Shown piece after piece: positions 31,188 to 32,000 of a DNA stretch of 32,000 nt. Where the stretch lies: assembly GCF_000011805.1 (NCBI RefSeq), contig NC_006840.2. The stretch is one strand, 5' to 3'. This stretch comes from Aliivibrio fischeri ES114. Lineage in GTDB: Bacteria; Pseudomonadota; Gammaproteobacteria; Enterobacterales; Vibrionaceae. The notes under the pieces were generated by a model that saw only the letters and a list, made by a program, of their open reading frames with translations, had not been told where the DNA came from and did no database searches. The position numbers and the translations under genes are program-made. How positions within the stretch are numbered: position 1 is the first letter of the stretch; each line of letters starts with the position of its first letter.

Positions 31188-32000
31188 CTAAACGGTTTCT
31201 ACTTTTTTCTGTTTAATTTCAGCAATTTGATCAGCACGGTGAATACTATTGATTACGTGAAGTAGTGCTTGTCCTGATGCTTCGATAATATCTGTCGCTA
31301 AACCGGTACCGTGATATTTACGACCTTTGTAATTGGCAATAATATCTGCTTGACCTAAGCCATCTTCACCTTCGCCTTTAGCAGTTAAATCAAACTTATC
31401 TAGCACGATGTCGTAGCCTGTTAGTTTGTAGATACATTGATAAAGTGCGTCTACAGGACCATTACCGACAGCGGCTTCGCATTTCTCCTCGTCACCACAA
31501 AGTAATTTGATACTCGTGGTTGCCATGACGCTGCCTGATTGCACACTTAGATAGTTCAACTTATAGAAGTCATCTTCATCGCGCAGGTTAGCAAAATGCA
31601 TTAGTGCTTCTAAATCGTAATCAAATACTTGTCCTTTACGATCTGCCAGCTTTACGAAATCAGCATAAAGGGTGTCTAGGTTGTATTCGTCTTCTTTATA
31701 ACCCATTTCATCCATATGACTTTTTACCGCAGCACGACCTGAACGACTGGTTAGGTTTAGTGCTTGGTTTTTAAGGCCAATCGACTCTGGTGTCATGATT
31801 TCGTAAGTGTTTTTATTCTTTAGCATGCCATCTTGGTGAATACCTGATGAATGGCTAAAAGCGTTTGCGCCTACGATAGCCTTATTACTTTGAATTGGCA
31901 TATTACAAAGCTGACTCACTAGTTTACTGGTGCGGTGAATCTCATCGTGTTTAAGGTTGGTGTGTACACCTAGATATTCAGAACGTGTTTTTAGGATCAT
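31188..32000 (-). CDS. leuA: 2-isopropylmalate synthase, C-terminal part (start lies beyond window)
   Basis: [33 protein letters not shown] plus C-terminal regulatory domain with [37 protein letters not shown]. The 270-aa ORF is open at the window edge. Confidence 0.97.

Overview
This 32 kb window looks like ordinary core chromosome from a Vibrionaceae bacterium. The AT-rich composition and gene content fit Aliivibrio or a close relative, but that is inference. From start to end it contains: the 3' end of ubiX; a TPP riboswitch and thiBPQ; rapA; rluA; a TAXI-type TRAP transporter (receptor, fused permease, UspA-like protein) on the minus strand; argR divergent from mdh; ispB; rplU-rpmA-obgE; yjjP-yjjB-folA; and the minus-strand genes apaH, rsmA, pdxA, surA and lptD. 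These are followed by djlA, a DUF547-like secreted protein, and leuDCB with the C-terminal part of leuA. I found no phage, transposase, CRISPR, toxin-antitoxin or defence locus, and no convincing undescribed system. The items most worth checking are a structured palindromic element between folA and apaH, the absence of apaG from its usual place between apaH and rsmA, a long T-less hairpin in the rapA-rluA gap, a PDZ/DUF3394-like C-terminal module on the TRAP permease next to a UspA-like gene, and several intergenic hairpins that may set operon stoichiometry.
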